DNA of 56,321 nt from Eubacteriales bacterium (GCA_045652135.1 JAZRTS010000163.1:1-56321), one strand, 5' to 3'; counted from the stretch's first letter, positions 16,039 through 25,656 are shown. Made by a program: numbers and translations. The notes: generated from the letters alone by a model not told the origin.

Positions 16039-17918
16039 GTACATTCACCTCCGAGCTTATTTGCGCCGCATCCTGCGCAAGACTTCATACAGTTTTCGGT
16101 AACCGTATCGTTATATGCCTTATGACGTTCACGCAGGAAGAATTCCTTTGATACACCGCAGTCTATTATATCCCACGGAAGTATCTCGTCCTCGCCAAAC
16201 TCACGGTTAGCATAGAACGACGGGTCAATACCGCATTCCTCGAACACGGATAACCATTTGTCATAATCAAAACATTCGTCCCACGCATCGAATTTAAATC
16301 CGTATTCTGCCGCCTTTGCAAGAGCTTTTGACAAGCGTCTGTCGCCTCTTGCAAACACCGCTTCGATCCTGCTGACGTTTGCATCGTGATAATTATATTT
16401 TATACTTCTGTCTGTTATTGCCGAAGCAAGAAGCTGTTGCTTTTCAACAAGTTCCTCCATAGTTGATTGTCTATCCCATTGGAACGGTGTAAACGGCTTC
16501 GGTATAAAGCACGCAACGCTTATTGTAACGGTAGGACGTCCTTTCGGTCTGTTTTCCGTCTGATAGTATTCATCAACAACAGCCTTTGCAAGCTTTTCAA
16601 TACCCAAAATATCTTCGTCCGTTTCAGTAGGAAGACCGCACATAAAGTACAGCTTCACTTGATTTCGTCCGCCCTCAAATGCGGCACGGCACGCTTCAAA
16701 TATATCCTTTTCGCAGATGTTTTTGTTTATTGCATCACGCAATCTTTGCGTGCCTGCCTCGGGCGCAAACGTAAGTCCCGATGCGCGGACGGATGACACC
16801 CTTTTCATAAGCTCACGTGAAAAGCTGTCCGCCCTCATTGACGGAAGCGAAAGACCGACCATTTTATCGTCTGTCCACTCCAACAGCTTGTCCGTCAGCT
16901 CTCTTATGTACGGATAGTCGGAAATCGACAAAGAGCAAAGAGATATTTCATCGTATCCCGTATTTTCATAAAGCGTTTTAGCGTCACGATTCAGCGTATC
17001 GGGGGACTTTGCGCGTGCGGGACGGTATATCATACCTGCTTGACAGAAGCGGCAGCCTCTCGGACATCCTCTGTATACCTCAAGCACTATTCTGTCGTGT
17101 ACCGTTTCAATATACGGCATTACAAACTGCTCGGGATAATATGTCTTATCAAAATCTTTTATTATTCTCTTTCGTATCTTAATCGGTATATCATCATACT
17201 TAGGAGTGTATTCTTTAACCGTGCCGTCATCGTTATACGAAACGTCATATAATGACGGAACGTAAAAGCCCTCTATTTTTGCCGCTTCGTGCAAAAATCT
17301 CTGCTTTGTATAATCGCCCGATTCTTTCATTTTAACATAAAGCTCACAAAACTCGACAAGCGCTTCCTCGCCCTCTCCTATTGAGAAAACATCAAAAAAG
17401 TCAGCGATAGGCTCTGCATTGTAAGCACAAGGCCCACCTCCTATGACAATGGGGTATTCTTCCCCTCTGTCCTTGGCATAAAGAGGAATATTTGAAAGAT
17501 CAAGCATATTCAGAACCGTTGAATAGCAAAGCTCATACTGAAGCGTGAAACCGAGTATATCAAATTCACACACAGGGTCCATACTTTCGTGTGCGTAAAG
17601 CGGTATGTTATGCTTTTTCATCTGTTCCTGCATATCTATCCACGGCGCATACACACGCTCACACCAGATATTTTCATTTTTGTTGAGTGCGCCGTACAGA
17701 ATACGCACGCCGAGGTTTGACATTCCTATTTCATAAGTGTCCGGAAATGCGAAAGCAAACCTGCACTTGACCTTTTCTTTTTCTTTTATTATCTGACCGT
17801 ATTCACCGCCCGTATATCTTCCGGGTTTAAGAACCTTTCTTAAAATACCGTCAACGTTATATTTTTGATTCAAAGCACTACTTCTCCGATTATATTTATT
17901 ATGCATAATATTATACAT
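16008..17918 (-). CDS. TIGR03960-family B12-binding-domain radical SAM protein
   Basis: 636 aa. It has a CPRGCRFC radical-SAM cluster motif and the N-terminal YTGGEYG block. Confidence 0.85.
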   Translation of the reverse strand: MYNIMHNKYNRRSSALNQKYNVDGILRKVLKPGRYTGGEYGQIIKEKEKVKCRFAFAFPDTYEIGMSNLGVRILYGALNKNENIWCERVYAPWIDMQEQMKKHNIPLYAHESMDPVCEFDILGFTLQYELCYSTVLNMLDLSNIPLYAKDRGEEYPIVIGGGPCAYNAEPIADFFDVFSIGEGEEALVEFCELYVKMKESGDYTKQRFLHEAAKIEGFYVPSLYDVSYNDDGTVKEYTPKYDDIPIKIRKRIIKDFDKTYYPEQFVMPYIETVHDRIVLEVYRGCPRGCRFCQAGMIYRPARAKSPDTLNRDAKTLYENTGYDEISLCSLSISDYPYIRELTDKLLEWTDDKMVGLSLPSMRADSFSRELMKRVSSVRASGLTFAPEAGTQRLRDAINKNICEKDIFEACRAAFEGGRNQVKLYFMCGLPTETDEDILGIEKLAKAVVDEYYQTENRPKGRPTVTISVACFIPKPFTPFQWDRQSTMEELVEKQQLLASAITDRSIKYNYHDANVSRIEAVFARGDRRLSKALAKAAEYGFKFDAWDECFDYDKWLSVFEECGIDPSFYANREFGEDEILPWDIIDCGVSKEFFLRERHKAYNDTVTENCMKSCAGCGANKLGGECTWCPSTNTKK

Positions 17919-17961
17919 AAAATTACCTCAAATGTCAATATTTCAGCTGTCTTAAAACGCA

Positions 17962-17991
17962 AAAAAACCTTTCTTGCAAGAAAGGTTTTTT
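17962..17991. terminator. Bidirectional intrinsic terminator
   Basis: aaaaaacctttc/gaaaggtttttt stem with a ttgcaa loop. Confidence 0.8.
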
Positions 17992-18013
17992 ATAGCAAAT
18001 AATTGTCTGTAGC

Positions 18014-18874
18014 TTATGCGTTCTCTATAGCTTTTTCGGGAAGCTTGGGTGATGCAAACTGTAACGTTCTTATAACAGCGTAAAGGAGAAGCGCAACCTG
18101 CAAGCCGCTGTATACGGAAAACGTGTCAAACGGAAGCACGAGCATAATCGTAAGTATAAGATTTGGTATACAGTACGTTGCCGTAACGACAATAGTTACG
18201 AGTGAAAGTGCAAGATGCAGATGATGCCTCGGCCTCGTTATTCTGAATTTCGCTTCCGACGTGAGGTAAAGCATAATAAATATAACGGAAAGCTGTGCGC
18301 ACATTTTTTCCGAATTGTTTATTACGACGGAATTTTCAAAATAGAGATATATAAGATATGAAATGCACCAAAGTACCGGGAAGAAAGATAATATCTTCAC
18401 CGCAGTATCATTTTCATTCTTCGTCGATTCGGCTCTCAGGAAAAAGCCTGCGGCGGGAAGCGACATAACGAGTGTAGAAATGAACGATATAACCTCTATC
18501 TTTTCACCTCTGGTCCAGGCAAGTTTGATGCCGCCGTTTGAAAAAAAGTCGAAATTAATATAGATTACCAAAAACAAAGACGAAATGAAGAAAAATCCGC
18601 AAAGCGACGATGCAAAGAGTGACGATACCGTACTCTGCGGTATATTTGCGCCCTTTTTGGGAGGCTTAATAAAGAAATATACCGAAAACAACGCAATACA
18701 ACAAATAATAAGCAAAATGCTGTACAGCATAGGCAAGTTCGTCGTAGTCTTATAATTCTGAAGACTCGGATCGTAAAAATAATTCATAAGGAATATTCTC
18801 GCCACGGAAAGCGCCGCAGCAATAACAATTGCACTTATGGCAAAAGATTTGTAGATTTTTTTAAAAAGGATCAT
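18014..18874 (-). CDS. Polytopic membrane protein, function unknown
   Basis: 286 aa with about eight hydrophobic helices. No recognisable motif. Confidence 0.6.
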   Translation of the reverse strand: MILFKKIYKSFAISAIVIAAALSVARIFLMNYFYDPSLQNYKTTTNLPMLYSILLIICCIALFSVYFFIKPPKKGANIPQSTVSSLFASSLCGFFFISSLFLVIYINFDFFSNGGIKLAWTRGEKIEVISFISTLVMSLPAAGFFLRAESTKNENDTAVKILSFFPVLWCISYLIYLYFENSVVINNSEKMCAQLSVIFIMLYLTSEAKFRITRPRHHLHLALSLVTIVVTATYCIPNLILTIMLVLPFDTFSVYSGLQVALLLYAVIRTLQFASPKLPEKAIENA

Positions 18875-18971
18875 AATTTACCCCAATATAATGATGTTGT
18901 ATGTAATGACATACAATATTATATATTACAAATATTAACAAACAACCTTTCAAAGCGTAAACAATTCATCA

Positions 18972-20462
18972 TCATACATCAAATGATTTAAGAATTTGAG
19001 GTATAAAACTTGCCGTATCAGACGACGTCATACCAACTGACGTGAATTTTTTCTGTGCCGTTTCACCGCAAAGACCGTTTATATAAGCACCTGCCGCAGT
19101 TGACAAAAGCAATTCGTCATCTTTTGCAAAACCCATAATACCGGTCAATATTCCGGAAAGCACATCTCCACTTCCCGCAGTTGCCATTCCTGCACATCCG
19201 GTATCCGTTATATATACCGTATCACCGTTCGTAATAACAGTTGCCGTACCCTTTAAAAGAAGTACCACACCGTATTTTTTCGCATATTCTTTCGCGTGTT
19301 TAACGGGTTCGTCCAGTATCTCCTCACAACTTTTTCCGGAAAGCCTTGAAAACTCCTTAATGTGCGGTGTCAATATTACGTTTGCGCTCGTTTTCATAAG
19401 ATAACCGCTGTCCATGTCGGCAAGATTATTTAATCCGTCAGCATCGATTATCAACCTGCCCTTGTAATTTTCAAGTATATAAGCGAGCATTTTTTTCTGT
19501 TCTTCACCCGTTTTTATACCCATACCGAATGAAACGCATTCAGCGCCCGTTATTGCATTTTTGACAGACGCTTCATCGAAAACAAGTCCGTTTTCATCGC
19601 ATTTCAAAGGACATAACGTGCTTTCAAGCAAATACGGCATTACCGAATGAGCTATATTTTCCGGCACCGCAAGACGGCACACACCGCACCCCGAACGCAA
19701 TGCGCACATTGAAATGTTCGCAAGCTTTGCCGCACCGCTGTACTCCACGCTTCCGCCGATGACAGTCACATATCCGTAGACACCCTTGTGGCTGTAATTC
19801 TTTCTGCCTTCAAAAAGATGTCTGATATCGGACTGTTCTATCAGAAATGTATCATTTTCAATTACTTTTATGCCGACATCGCATCTTATTTTTGATTTCA
19901 TTACGTCCTTTGCACGGGATAGGCAGTGACCGTACTTGTATTCACCAAGGGCAACGGTAATATCGGACAAAACGCATACCTCACCTATTCCGCTGTTACT
20001 GTCAAGTCCACTGTTTATATCGGCTGAAATAACGTATGCGCCCGAATTATTTATCATCTTTACTGCTTTTTCGGCATTTCCACGCAGCTTCCCCGAAAAT
20101 CCGGTACCGAGTATACAGTCAACGACCGTTTTATACTGTGTGATATCAACGCTTTCAAGCGATAAAACGGGTATACTTTCACGCTTACATTCCGCCAAAA
20201 AGTATTCCCCCTCATCGGAAAGTCTTTCCGAAACCGTGCAGATATCCGCCTTTATATTTGCTTTTTTGAGTAAAAGCGCAAGAGCAAAGCCGTCGGCGCC
20301 GTTGTTCCCTCCTCCGCACACAATGCATACGGGCGGTGTATATTTTGCCGACGAAAACAGAGCTTCTGCGGCTTTTTTTATAAGCTCCCTTTCAGGCGTA
20401 ATATTTTCCACCGTGTACGCATCACTTTTTCTCATTTGTTCACGTGACAAAACTGTTATCAT
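18972..20462 (-). CDS. nnr: Bifunctional NAD(P)H-hydrate repair enzyme (epimerase/dehydratase)
   Basis: N-terminal YjeF_N block (CGGGNNGADGFALA) and a C-terminal carbohydrate-kinase-like block (GSGDVLSG). Confidence 0.85.
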   Translation of the reverse strand: MITVLSREQMRKSDAYTVENITPERELIKKAAEALFSSAKYTPPVCIVCGGGNNGADGFALALLLKKANIKADICTVSERLSDEGEYFLAECKRESIPVLSLESVDITQYKTVVDCILGTGFSGKLRGNAEKAVKMINNSGAYVISADINSGLDSNSGIGEVCVLSDITVALGEYKYGHCLSRAKDVMKSKIRCDVGIKVIENDTFLIEQSDIRHLFEGRKNYSHKGVYGYVTVIGGSVEYSGAAKLANISMCALRSGCGVCRLAVPENIAHSVMPYLLESTLCPLKCDENGLVFDEASVKNAITGAECVSFGMGIKTGEEQKKMLAYILENYKGRLIIDADGLNNLADMDSGYLMKTSANVILTPHIKEFSRLSGKSCEEILDEPVKHAKEYAKKYGVVLLLKGTATVITNGDTVYITDTGCAGMATAGSGDVLSGILTGIMGFAKDDELLLSTAAGAYINGLCGETAQKKFTSVGMTSSDTASFIPQILKSFDV

Positions 20463-20511
20463 AATTTCCCTTTAAATACATAGTGGGCGACCAATGGTCG
20501 CCCCTACATTT

Positions 20512-22464
20512 TTATTTTGCGTTATACTGATATTTGAATCTTCCCGTAGGTGCTACGTCACCGCTTACGTAAAAGTCCATAATATCGCCTTCGTTCTGAA
20601 CGTTATCCGTCCACTTGAAGTTTATCGTAAATTCGTTTGACGTTATACCGAGAAGCGCTTTGGGAATCTTCACCATGATAACGTTTCCATTCACCTTATA
20701 TTCAACGTCACCGACGACCTCCGTTTCAAAGCCGTTGCCTGTGAATTTTTCAAGTACGGCAACACTTTCGGATTTAGGTGTCTGCTTGTTGAGAATATAA
20801 TCAAATGTTTCCCAGTCAGCATCGCCTGTATTCACATCAAGATACAAGTGCATCCATTTTTCATCTGTGTAAGGTGTGATATTTTCAACACAGCGAGCCA
20901 TAAAGTACACGTTTTCGTTATCACGTGCAACCTTGAAATCATAAAGGTCATTTCTTCCCGACTGATCCTTATACTGAATGGGGAGCATCGTTTCGGGGTC
21001 CTTGTAGCCTCGTGAGTTTCTGTTTTTGGTATTTCCTGCATAGCTTATATAGCGAGGACCTACCTCTGCCCACTGACCGTATCCGCCGTTAATGTCTATT
21101 TTAACAGGCTTTGATGCATCTTCAACCTTGTCAGCGCCCTTGAACTTACGGATATAATCAACCATCTGATAGTAGTAATGGTCCTTCAAAGCACCCTTTG
21201 TAGGTTCAATATCACGGCTGAATTCATCATTATACTGGTCTGCAAAGGCATTGTTGACGTCTGACCAGTTAGGCTGTCTTATCGCAACCCATTCGTTATA
21301 GCACGATACGAGAATAAATTGCGGAGATTGTTCTATTGCATATTCAAACTGCTCGGCAAAGTTTGCGCCGTAAAGCACGGCGTTTTCACGTGTATCATAG
21401 CCTTTTGACGTGTATGTTCTGCCTGTTACGTTTTCGCCGTTCATAGCAGTCAACTGCTTTGCGACATAATCGTGGTTCTGCGCAACGCCGACAGCCATCT
21501 GTTCAACAGGGCTTTTTCTGTCACGTCTTATCTTCTTGTATGTGGCCTGAGGATACATCGAGAGCCATCCCCACTGCTCGTCTACCTGCTGTTTTTCAAG
21601 ATAGTCGGGCTGTCCGCGTCTGAATGTGAAATATTCAAGTAATTTGGCTTCTTCAGCATTATTTTCATTAAATGCATCTGCCGAGGCGATTATAAGAGGC
21701 TTTCCCTCCCACATAAACCAGTTATCTGCATACTGTTCTCTGCTGTAAAGCTTATTGTAAAGCTCCTTTGCCTGAGTAACCGTTGAATCTGCTTCAAAGA
21801 AGGGCAGATGGAAAATTATCTGCGGAACGTCAACACCGTCTGCTCTTGCTTCATTGAACACCTTGAGCATCTGATTTATTGTATCAGCCCACGTATACGT
21901 TCCGTTCGTGTTATCGCATACGATGGCATCAACACCTGCGGCTGCAAGCATTTCCGCCTGACGTCTTATTACCCATTCGTCTTTTTGAGTATAATATCCG
22001 TAAATAGGCTCATTCCAGAAATGGTATCCGTCATCGCCCCAGCGTTCGTCATAAAAATCATTTTTGTCAATGTCGGGATACTTGTCGAGTATCTGCTGAT
22101 TATTGTAAGCAACGTACTGCGTCGAGAACGTACCGTGCCACGGTGAGAAAAACACAGCGACAAACTTATCGTCTTTAAGGTCGCCAACCTCGCTGTTCAC
22201 AGCGGCTGTTCTGTCAAGTCCGTCAGTTACCACCCACGAACTCGTTGAAGCGTAGTTTTCTTTAAGTGCGGTATAGTCCCCTGTTTCGTACAGTTTGACA
22301 GTAGAATCGTCAAGTGTGGGGTCGTATTCGCCCACTCCCTCTACAACCGTTGTATCGGAAGGATCTCCGTTTGTATCCGTCGACTGTGAGCCGCCCGTGC
22401 AGGAAGCAAACGCCGACAGCAAAAGCGATGCTGTAAGCATAGCTGTTATTATCTTCTTTTTCAT
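20512..22464 (-). CDS. Secreted lipoprotein, putative glycoside-hydrolase-like TIM barrel plus a C-terminal beta-sandwich
   Basis: Lipobox LSAFAS-C. The ATG at 22464 follows AAGGGGA. The central AAAGVDAIVCDNTNG segment resembles a glycosidase barrel strand. The family is not identified. Confidence 0.5.
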   Translation of the reverse strand: MKKKIITAMLTASLLLSAFASCTGGSQSTDTNGDPSDTTVVEGVGEYDPTLDDSTVKLYETGDYTALKENYASTSSWVVTDGLDRTAAVNSEVGDLKDDKFVAVFFSPWHGTFSTQYVAYNNQQILDKYPDIDKNDFYDERWGDDGYHFWNEPIYGYYTQKDEWVIRRQAEMLAAAGVDAIVCDNTNGTYTWADTINQMLKVFNEARADGVDVPQIIFHLPFFEADSTVTQAKELYNKLYSREQYADNWFMWEGKPLIIASADAFNENNAEEAKLLEYFTFRRGQPDYLEKQQVDEQWGWLSMYPQATYKKIRRDRKSPVEQMAVGVAQNHDYVAKQLTAMNGENVTGRTYTSKGYDTRENAVLYGANFAEQFEYAIEQSPQFILVSCYNEWVAIRQPNWSDVNNAFADQYNDEFSRDIEPTKGALKDHYYYQMVDYIRKFKGADKVEDASKPVKIDINGGYGQWAEVGPRYISYAGNTKNRNSRGYKDPETMLPIQYKDQSGRNDLYDFKVARDNENVYFMARCVENITPYTDEKWMHLYLDVNTGDADWETFDYILNKQTPKSESVAVLEKFTGNGFETEVVGDVEYKVNGNVIMVKIPKALLGITSNEFTINFKWTDNVQNEGDIMDFYVSGDVAPTGRFKYQYNAK

Positions 22465-22545
22465 AAACAATTCCCCTTAAAAGATATGTTCTTTAAGTAT
22501 TTATACCATAAATAAGCATTTAATGTCAACAAAAAAACTTACAAT

Positions 22546-23262
22546 TTACCATTTGTTTTCTTTTTTGCATTTCATATAGCACGCAAATACCGTTATCAAA
22601 AGTATAATGCTTATAAATTGAGATGTGGAAAAAATCAATATTTTCCCTCTTACCTCGTCACCTCTCAAAAATTCGATAAAGAATCTGCCAACAGCGTATA
22701 TTCCGAGATAAATATACAAAAGCTTACCCGAAAACACATTTTTTTCAAATATAATAAAAAGCATTAAAAACAGTACAAGCAGTAAAAATGCGCTTAAAAG
22801 CTGAACGGGAAAACGTTTGACACCGTCAAGCATAATACCGAGCTGTGATTCAACACCGTAACAGCACCCCGAAAAGAAACAGCCGATTCTGCCGAAGGAA
22901 TGAAAAAGCGGTAAGGCTATCGCCGCACCGTCCGTATACGGAGAGGTGTCAACACCTTTGATCTTCAAAACAGCAATACCTGCAAGCAGTGTTCCGAAAA
23001 GACCGCCGTAAAAAACACCGCCGCCGAAAATAACATCGGGTGTGGCATCCCAAAGGTCATATCTTGTAAGTGCGTAAAGCAGCTTCATACCGACAGCACC
23101 GAAGAAAACGGAGATAAGCTGTACCTCACGGGCACAGCTGACAAGTCCGCCCCTCTTTTTGACGGCATATACAAAAACGAAATACTGAAGTACAAGGCCG
23201 ACAAACGCAAATATATCATATAAAGCAAATTTCAAACCGAATATATCGATATACGGATGCAT
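22546..23262 (-). CDS. lgt: Prolipoprotein diacylglyceryl transferase
   Basis: Polytopic, with GRIGCFFSGCCYG and GRFFIEFLRGD motifs. The ATG at 23262 follows GAGGTGG. Confidence 0.85.
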   Translation of the reverse strand: MHPYIDIFGLKFALYDIFAFVGLVLQYFVFVYAVKKRGGLVSCAREVQLISVFFGAVGMKLLYALTRYDLWDATPDVIFGGGVFYGGLFGTLLAGIAVLKIKGVDTSPYTDGAAIALPLFHSFGRIGCFFSGCCYGVESQLGIMLDGVKRFPVQLLSAFLLLVLFLMLFIIFEKNVFSGKLLYIYLGIYAVGRFFIEFLRGDEVRGKILIFSTSQFISIILLITVFACYMKCKKENKW

Positions 23263-23339
23263 ACGCCACCTCACATAATGTTTTTTTCATCCTATCATAC
23301 AGCCTTCATTATTTCAAGTGATTTTTGAAAACAATAACG

Positions 23340-23368
23340 GAATATAAAAAAATGCCGCCGCATAGACT
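23340..23368 (+). promoter_or_regulatory. Sigma-E-type sporulation promoter upstream of spoIIID
   Basis: GAATATA (23340-23346) fits the -35 consensus ZHATAXX. After a 14-bp spacer, CATAGACT (23361-23368) matches 7 of 8 positions of CATACAHT. It lies ~30 nt upstream of the ATG. Confidence 0.5.
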
Positions 23369-23398
23369 TTACCAAACAAACTGAAAGGCTGTAACGAT

Positions 23399-23668
23399 AT
23401 GGAACACGATATAAAAGAAAGGTGCATTATTTTAGGACGGTATATTGCCGAAACGGGACAAACGGTGCGCGCGTGCGCTTCGAAATTCGGAGTTTCCAAG
23501 TCAACGGTGCATAAAGACGTCACCGAACGTCTTAAATACATACATCCGACACTTCACGGACAAGTATGCGAGGTACTGAACATAAACAAAGCCGAGCGTC
23601 ACATAAGAGGCGGAATTGCCACAAAAAACAAATATCTGCATAATAAGGAGGAAGACGGGGCAAAATAA
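23399..23668 (+). CDS. spoIIID: Stage III sporulation transcriptional regulator SpoIIID
   Basis: 89 aa. FGVSKSTVHKDVTERL helix-turn-helix and a C-terminal RHIRGG block closely parallel B. subtilis SpoIIID. Confidence 0.9.
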   Translation: MEHDIKERCIILGRYIAETGQTVRACASKFGVSKSTVHKDVTERLKYIHPTLHGQVCEVLNINKAERHIRGGIATKNKYLHNKEEDGAK

Positions 23669-23696
23669 CACCGTAATTTTTCAAGGAGATTTTACG

Positions 23697-24692
23697 GTGA
23701 GTGTAATAAAAATAAAAAATCCCCCGTGTGTTTCGGGGGTTGGAAATGCAGTAGGAAAAGAAGAATTCGAAGGACCTTTGGGCGCTTATTTTTCATTTCA
23801 CAGCGACGACAACCGCTTCGGAATGAAAACGTGGGAAAAAAGCGAAGCGGAAATGGTGCGCACATCATATAACAATGCGCTTTCGAATGCAGGTATCGCA
23901 TCGGGTGATATCGGCGCAATATTTGCAGGCGACCTTATGAATCAATGCACAGCATCGGCTTACGGACTTGCCGACACAAACGTTCCGTATTTCGGGCTTT
24001 ACGGCGCCTGCTCAACCATGGCGGAGGCGATAATGCTCGGTGCGCTTACGGTAAGCGGCGGAAATTTCAAGAGAGTGGCGGCGTGTGCGGCATCACATAA
24101 CTGCACGGCAGAAAGGCAGTTCCGCTTCCCTGTTGAATACGGCGGTCAGCGCACGCCGACCTCGCAAAGAACAGTAACTGCGGCGGCAAGTATGATACTG
24201 TCGCAAGGTGACTCTTATATGTACGTTTGTAACGTATCACCCGGCAGAATATTTGATGCGGGAATAAACGATATAAACAATATGGGTGCGGCAATGGCAC
24301 CTGCGGCATACGATACTCTGTTTAATTTTTTCACTTCAACGGCAAGCGCACCGAAGGATTTTGACCTGATAGTAACGGGTGACCTCGGCTTTGAGGGCGC
24401 GGAAATACTGAAAGACCTTATGAAAGAGAAAAATTACGATATTTCAAGGGTGTATAATGACTGCGGACTGATGATATATGACAGAAAAGAACAGGACGTT
24501 CACGCAGGCGGAAGCGGTTGCGGATGCGGTGCGTCAGTGCTTTGCTCATATATAGCCGACAAATTCAGAACGGGCGAATTCCGTGATGTACTGTTTATAG
24601 GCACGGGAGCACTTATGAGCCCTTTGACCGTTTTTCAAGGCGAAACGATTCCCGCCATTGCACATCTTGTGCATTTTTCATCAAAAAAATAA
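23697..24692 (+). CDS. spoVAD: Stage V sporulation protein AD
   Basis: Thiolase-fold-like SpoVAD blocks (FAGDLMNQCTASAYG, LYGACST). The GTG at 23697 lies 9 nt after AAGGAG. The longer track ORF (from 23616) would overlap spoIIID. Confidence 0.85.
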   Translation: MSVIKIKNPPCVSGVGNAVGKEEFEGPLGAYFSFHSDDNRFGMKTWEKSEAEMVRTSYNNALSNAGIASGDIGAIFAGDLMNQCTASAYGLADTNVPYFGLYGACSTMAEAIMLGALTVSGGNFKRVAACAASHNCTAERQFRFPVEYGGQRTPTSQRTVTAAASMILSQGDSYMYVCNVSPGRIFDAGINDINNMGAAMAPAAYDTLFNFFTSTASAPKDFDLIVTGDLGFEGAEILKDLMKEKNYDISRVYNDCGLMIYDRKEQDVHAGGSGCGCGASVLCSYIADKFRTGEFRDVLFIGTGALMSPLTVFQGETIPAIAHLVHFSSKK

Positions 24693-24703
24693 AGGAAATA
24701 AAA

Positions 24704-25069
24704 ATGGATATTTTACTTCACTATCTCCGTGTTTTCATAACAGGCGGTATATTCTGCGTTATAGCGCAGATATTAATCGACAAAACACGCATAACACCCG
24801 CAAGAATACTCGTTTGCTATGTTGTAAGCGGAGTTATTCTGCACGCTGTCGGTGTGTACGAAAAAATAATATCATTCGGCTCAATGGGGGCAAAAGTCCC
24901 TCTGACAGGCTTTGGATATTGCCTTGCAGACGGAGTACAAAAAGCGGTTGACGAAAAGGGACTTTTCGGTGCTTTGACGGGTGGGCTTACGGGTGCTTCG
25001 GCAGGTATTACAGCCGCAATACTTTTTTCGTATCTCTTTTCCCTTTTCTTTACAAGCCGTGATACGTGA
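24704..25069 (+). CDS. spoVAEB: Stage V sporulation protein AE (SpoVAEB-type, 121 aa)
   Basis: SpoVAC/SpoVAEB-family membrane protein (FITGGIFCVIAQILID, GAKVPLTGFG). The short length fits AEB rather than AC. Confidence 0.8.
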   Translation: MDILLHYLRVFITGGIFCVIAQILIDKTRITPARILVCYVVSGVILHAVGVYEKIISFGSMGAKVPLTGFGYCLADGVQKAVDEKGLFGALTGGLTGASAGITAAILFSYLFSLFFTSRDT

Positions 25070-25080
25070 TAAGTCAAAAA

Positions 25081-25111
25081 AAAGATATGAGTTGCAAAAA
25101 CTCATATCTTT
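25081..25111. terminator. Bidirectional intrinsic terminator
   Basis: 11-bp stem aaagatatgag/ctcatatcttt flanked by A and T runs. Confidence 0.8.
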
Positions 25112-25119
25112 TTATTTTG

Positions 25120-25542
25120 TCAGCACACAAGAAATCCTATAACGGGGCCTGCAAATATAGCGAGATATATAAGAGTTATCCACGGCTGATAATCTATGTA
25201 AAAGCCCTTGAATGACAAGCTCCACGGATGCTTTATAATAACCCATCCGAACACATCGAAAACAATGCAGATACATGCCCATATTGCACCTGTAATTAAA
25301 GCCTCGCCCAGTGAAGGTGTCTGCAAGCCGTTCATATAAAGATAACCGAATACCGAAAACAGTATTACATTGTATAAGGGGTGCCACGGCTTTGTTTTTT
25401 CGTACCCCTCGCCCATACTTTCGCTGTCCATCGGCTTCATGTGAAGTACATATATGTTAAAAACCGTATGAAGTATCCCTATAGCGGTAACTATAGCATA
25501 AGATACCCAAAAATAAAGCATTGACATTCCGAAATTTTGCAT
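25120..25542 (-). CDS. Hypothetical membrane protein (140 aa)
   Basis: Four hydrophobic helices. The RBS is weak and the exact start is uncertain (M1, M6 or M8). Confidence 0.5.
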   Translation of the reverse strand: MQNFGMSMLYFWVSYAIVTAIGILHTVFNIYVLHMKPMDSESMGEGYEKTKPWHPLYNVILFSVFGYLYMNGLQTPSLGEALITGAIWACICIVFDVFGWVIIKHPWSLSFKGFYIDYQPWITLIYLAIFAGPVIGFLVC

Positions 25543-25560
25543 GATAAGTTTCTTTTTGTA

Positions 25561-25648
25561 TGAAATCTTCAGCCTATGGCTTCAGATAGAATAACTTTCG
25601 TTTTAATATCGGCAAGAAAACAAGCTCACCGATAAATTGGAATTTGAC
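25561..25648. repeat. Copy 1 of a ~90-bp dispersed repeat (D1)
   Basis: Near-identical to 26186-26276. It starts with (A)TGAAATCTTCAGCCTATGGCTTCAG, also present in array C at 6341-6365, and ends with ACCGATAAATTGGAATTTGAC. Confidence 0.85.
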
Positions 25649-25656
25649 CTGAAAAA

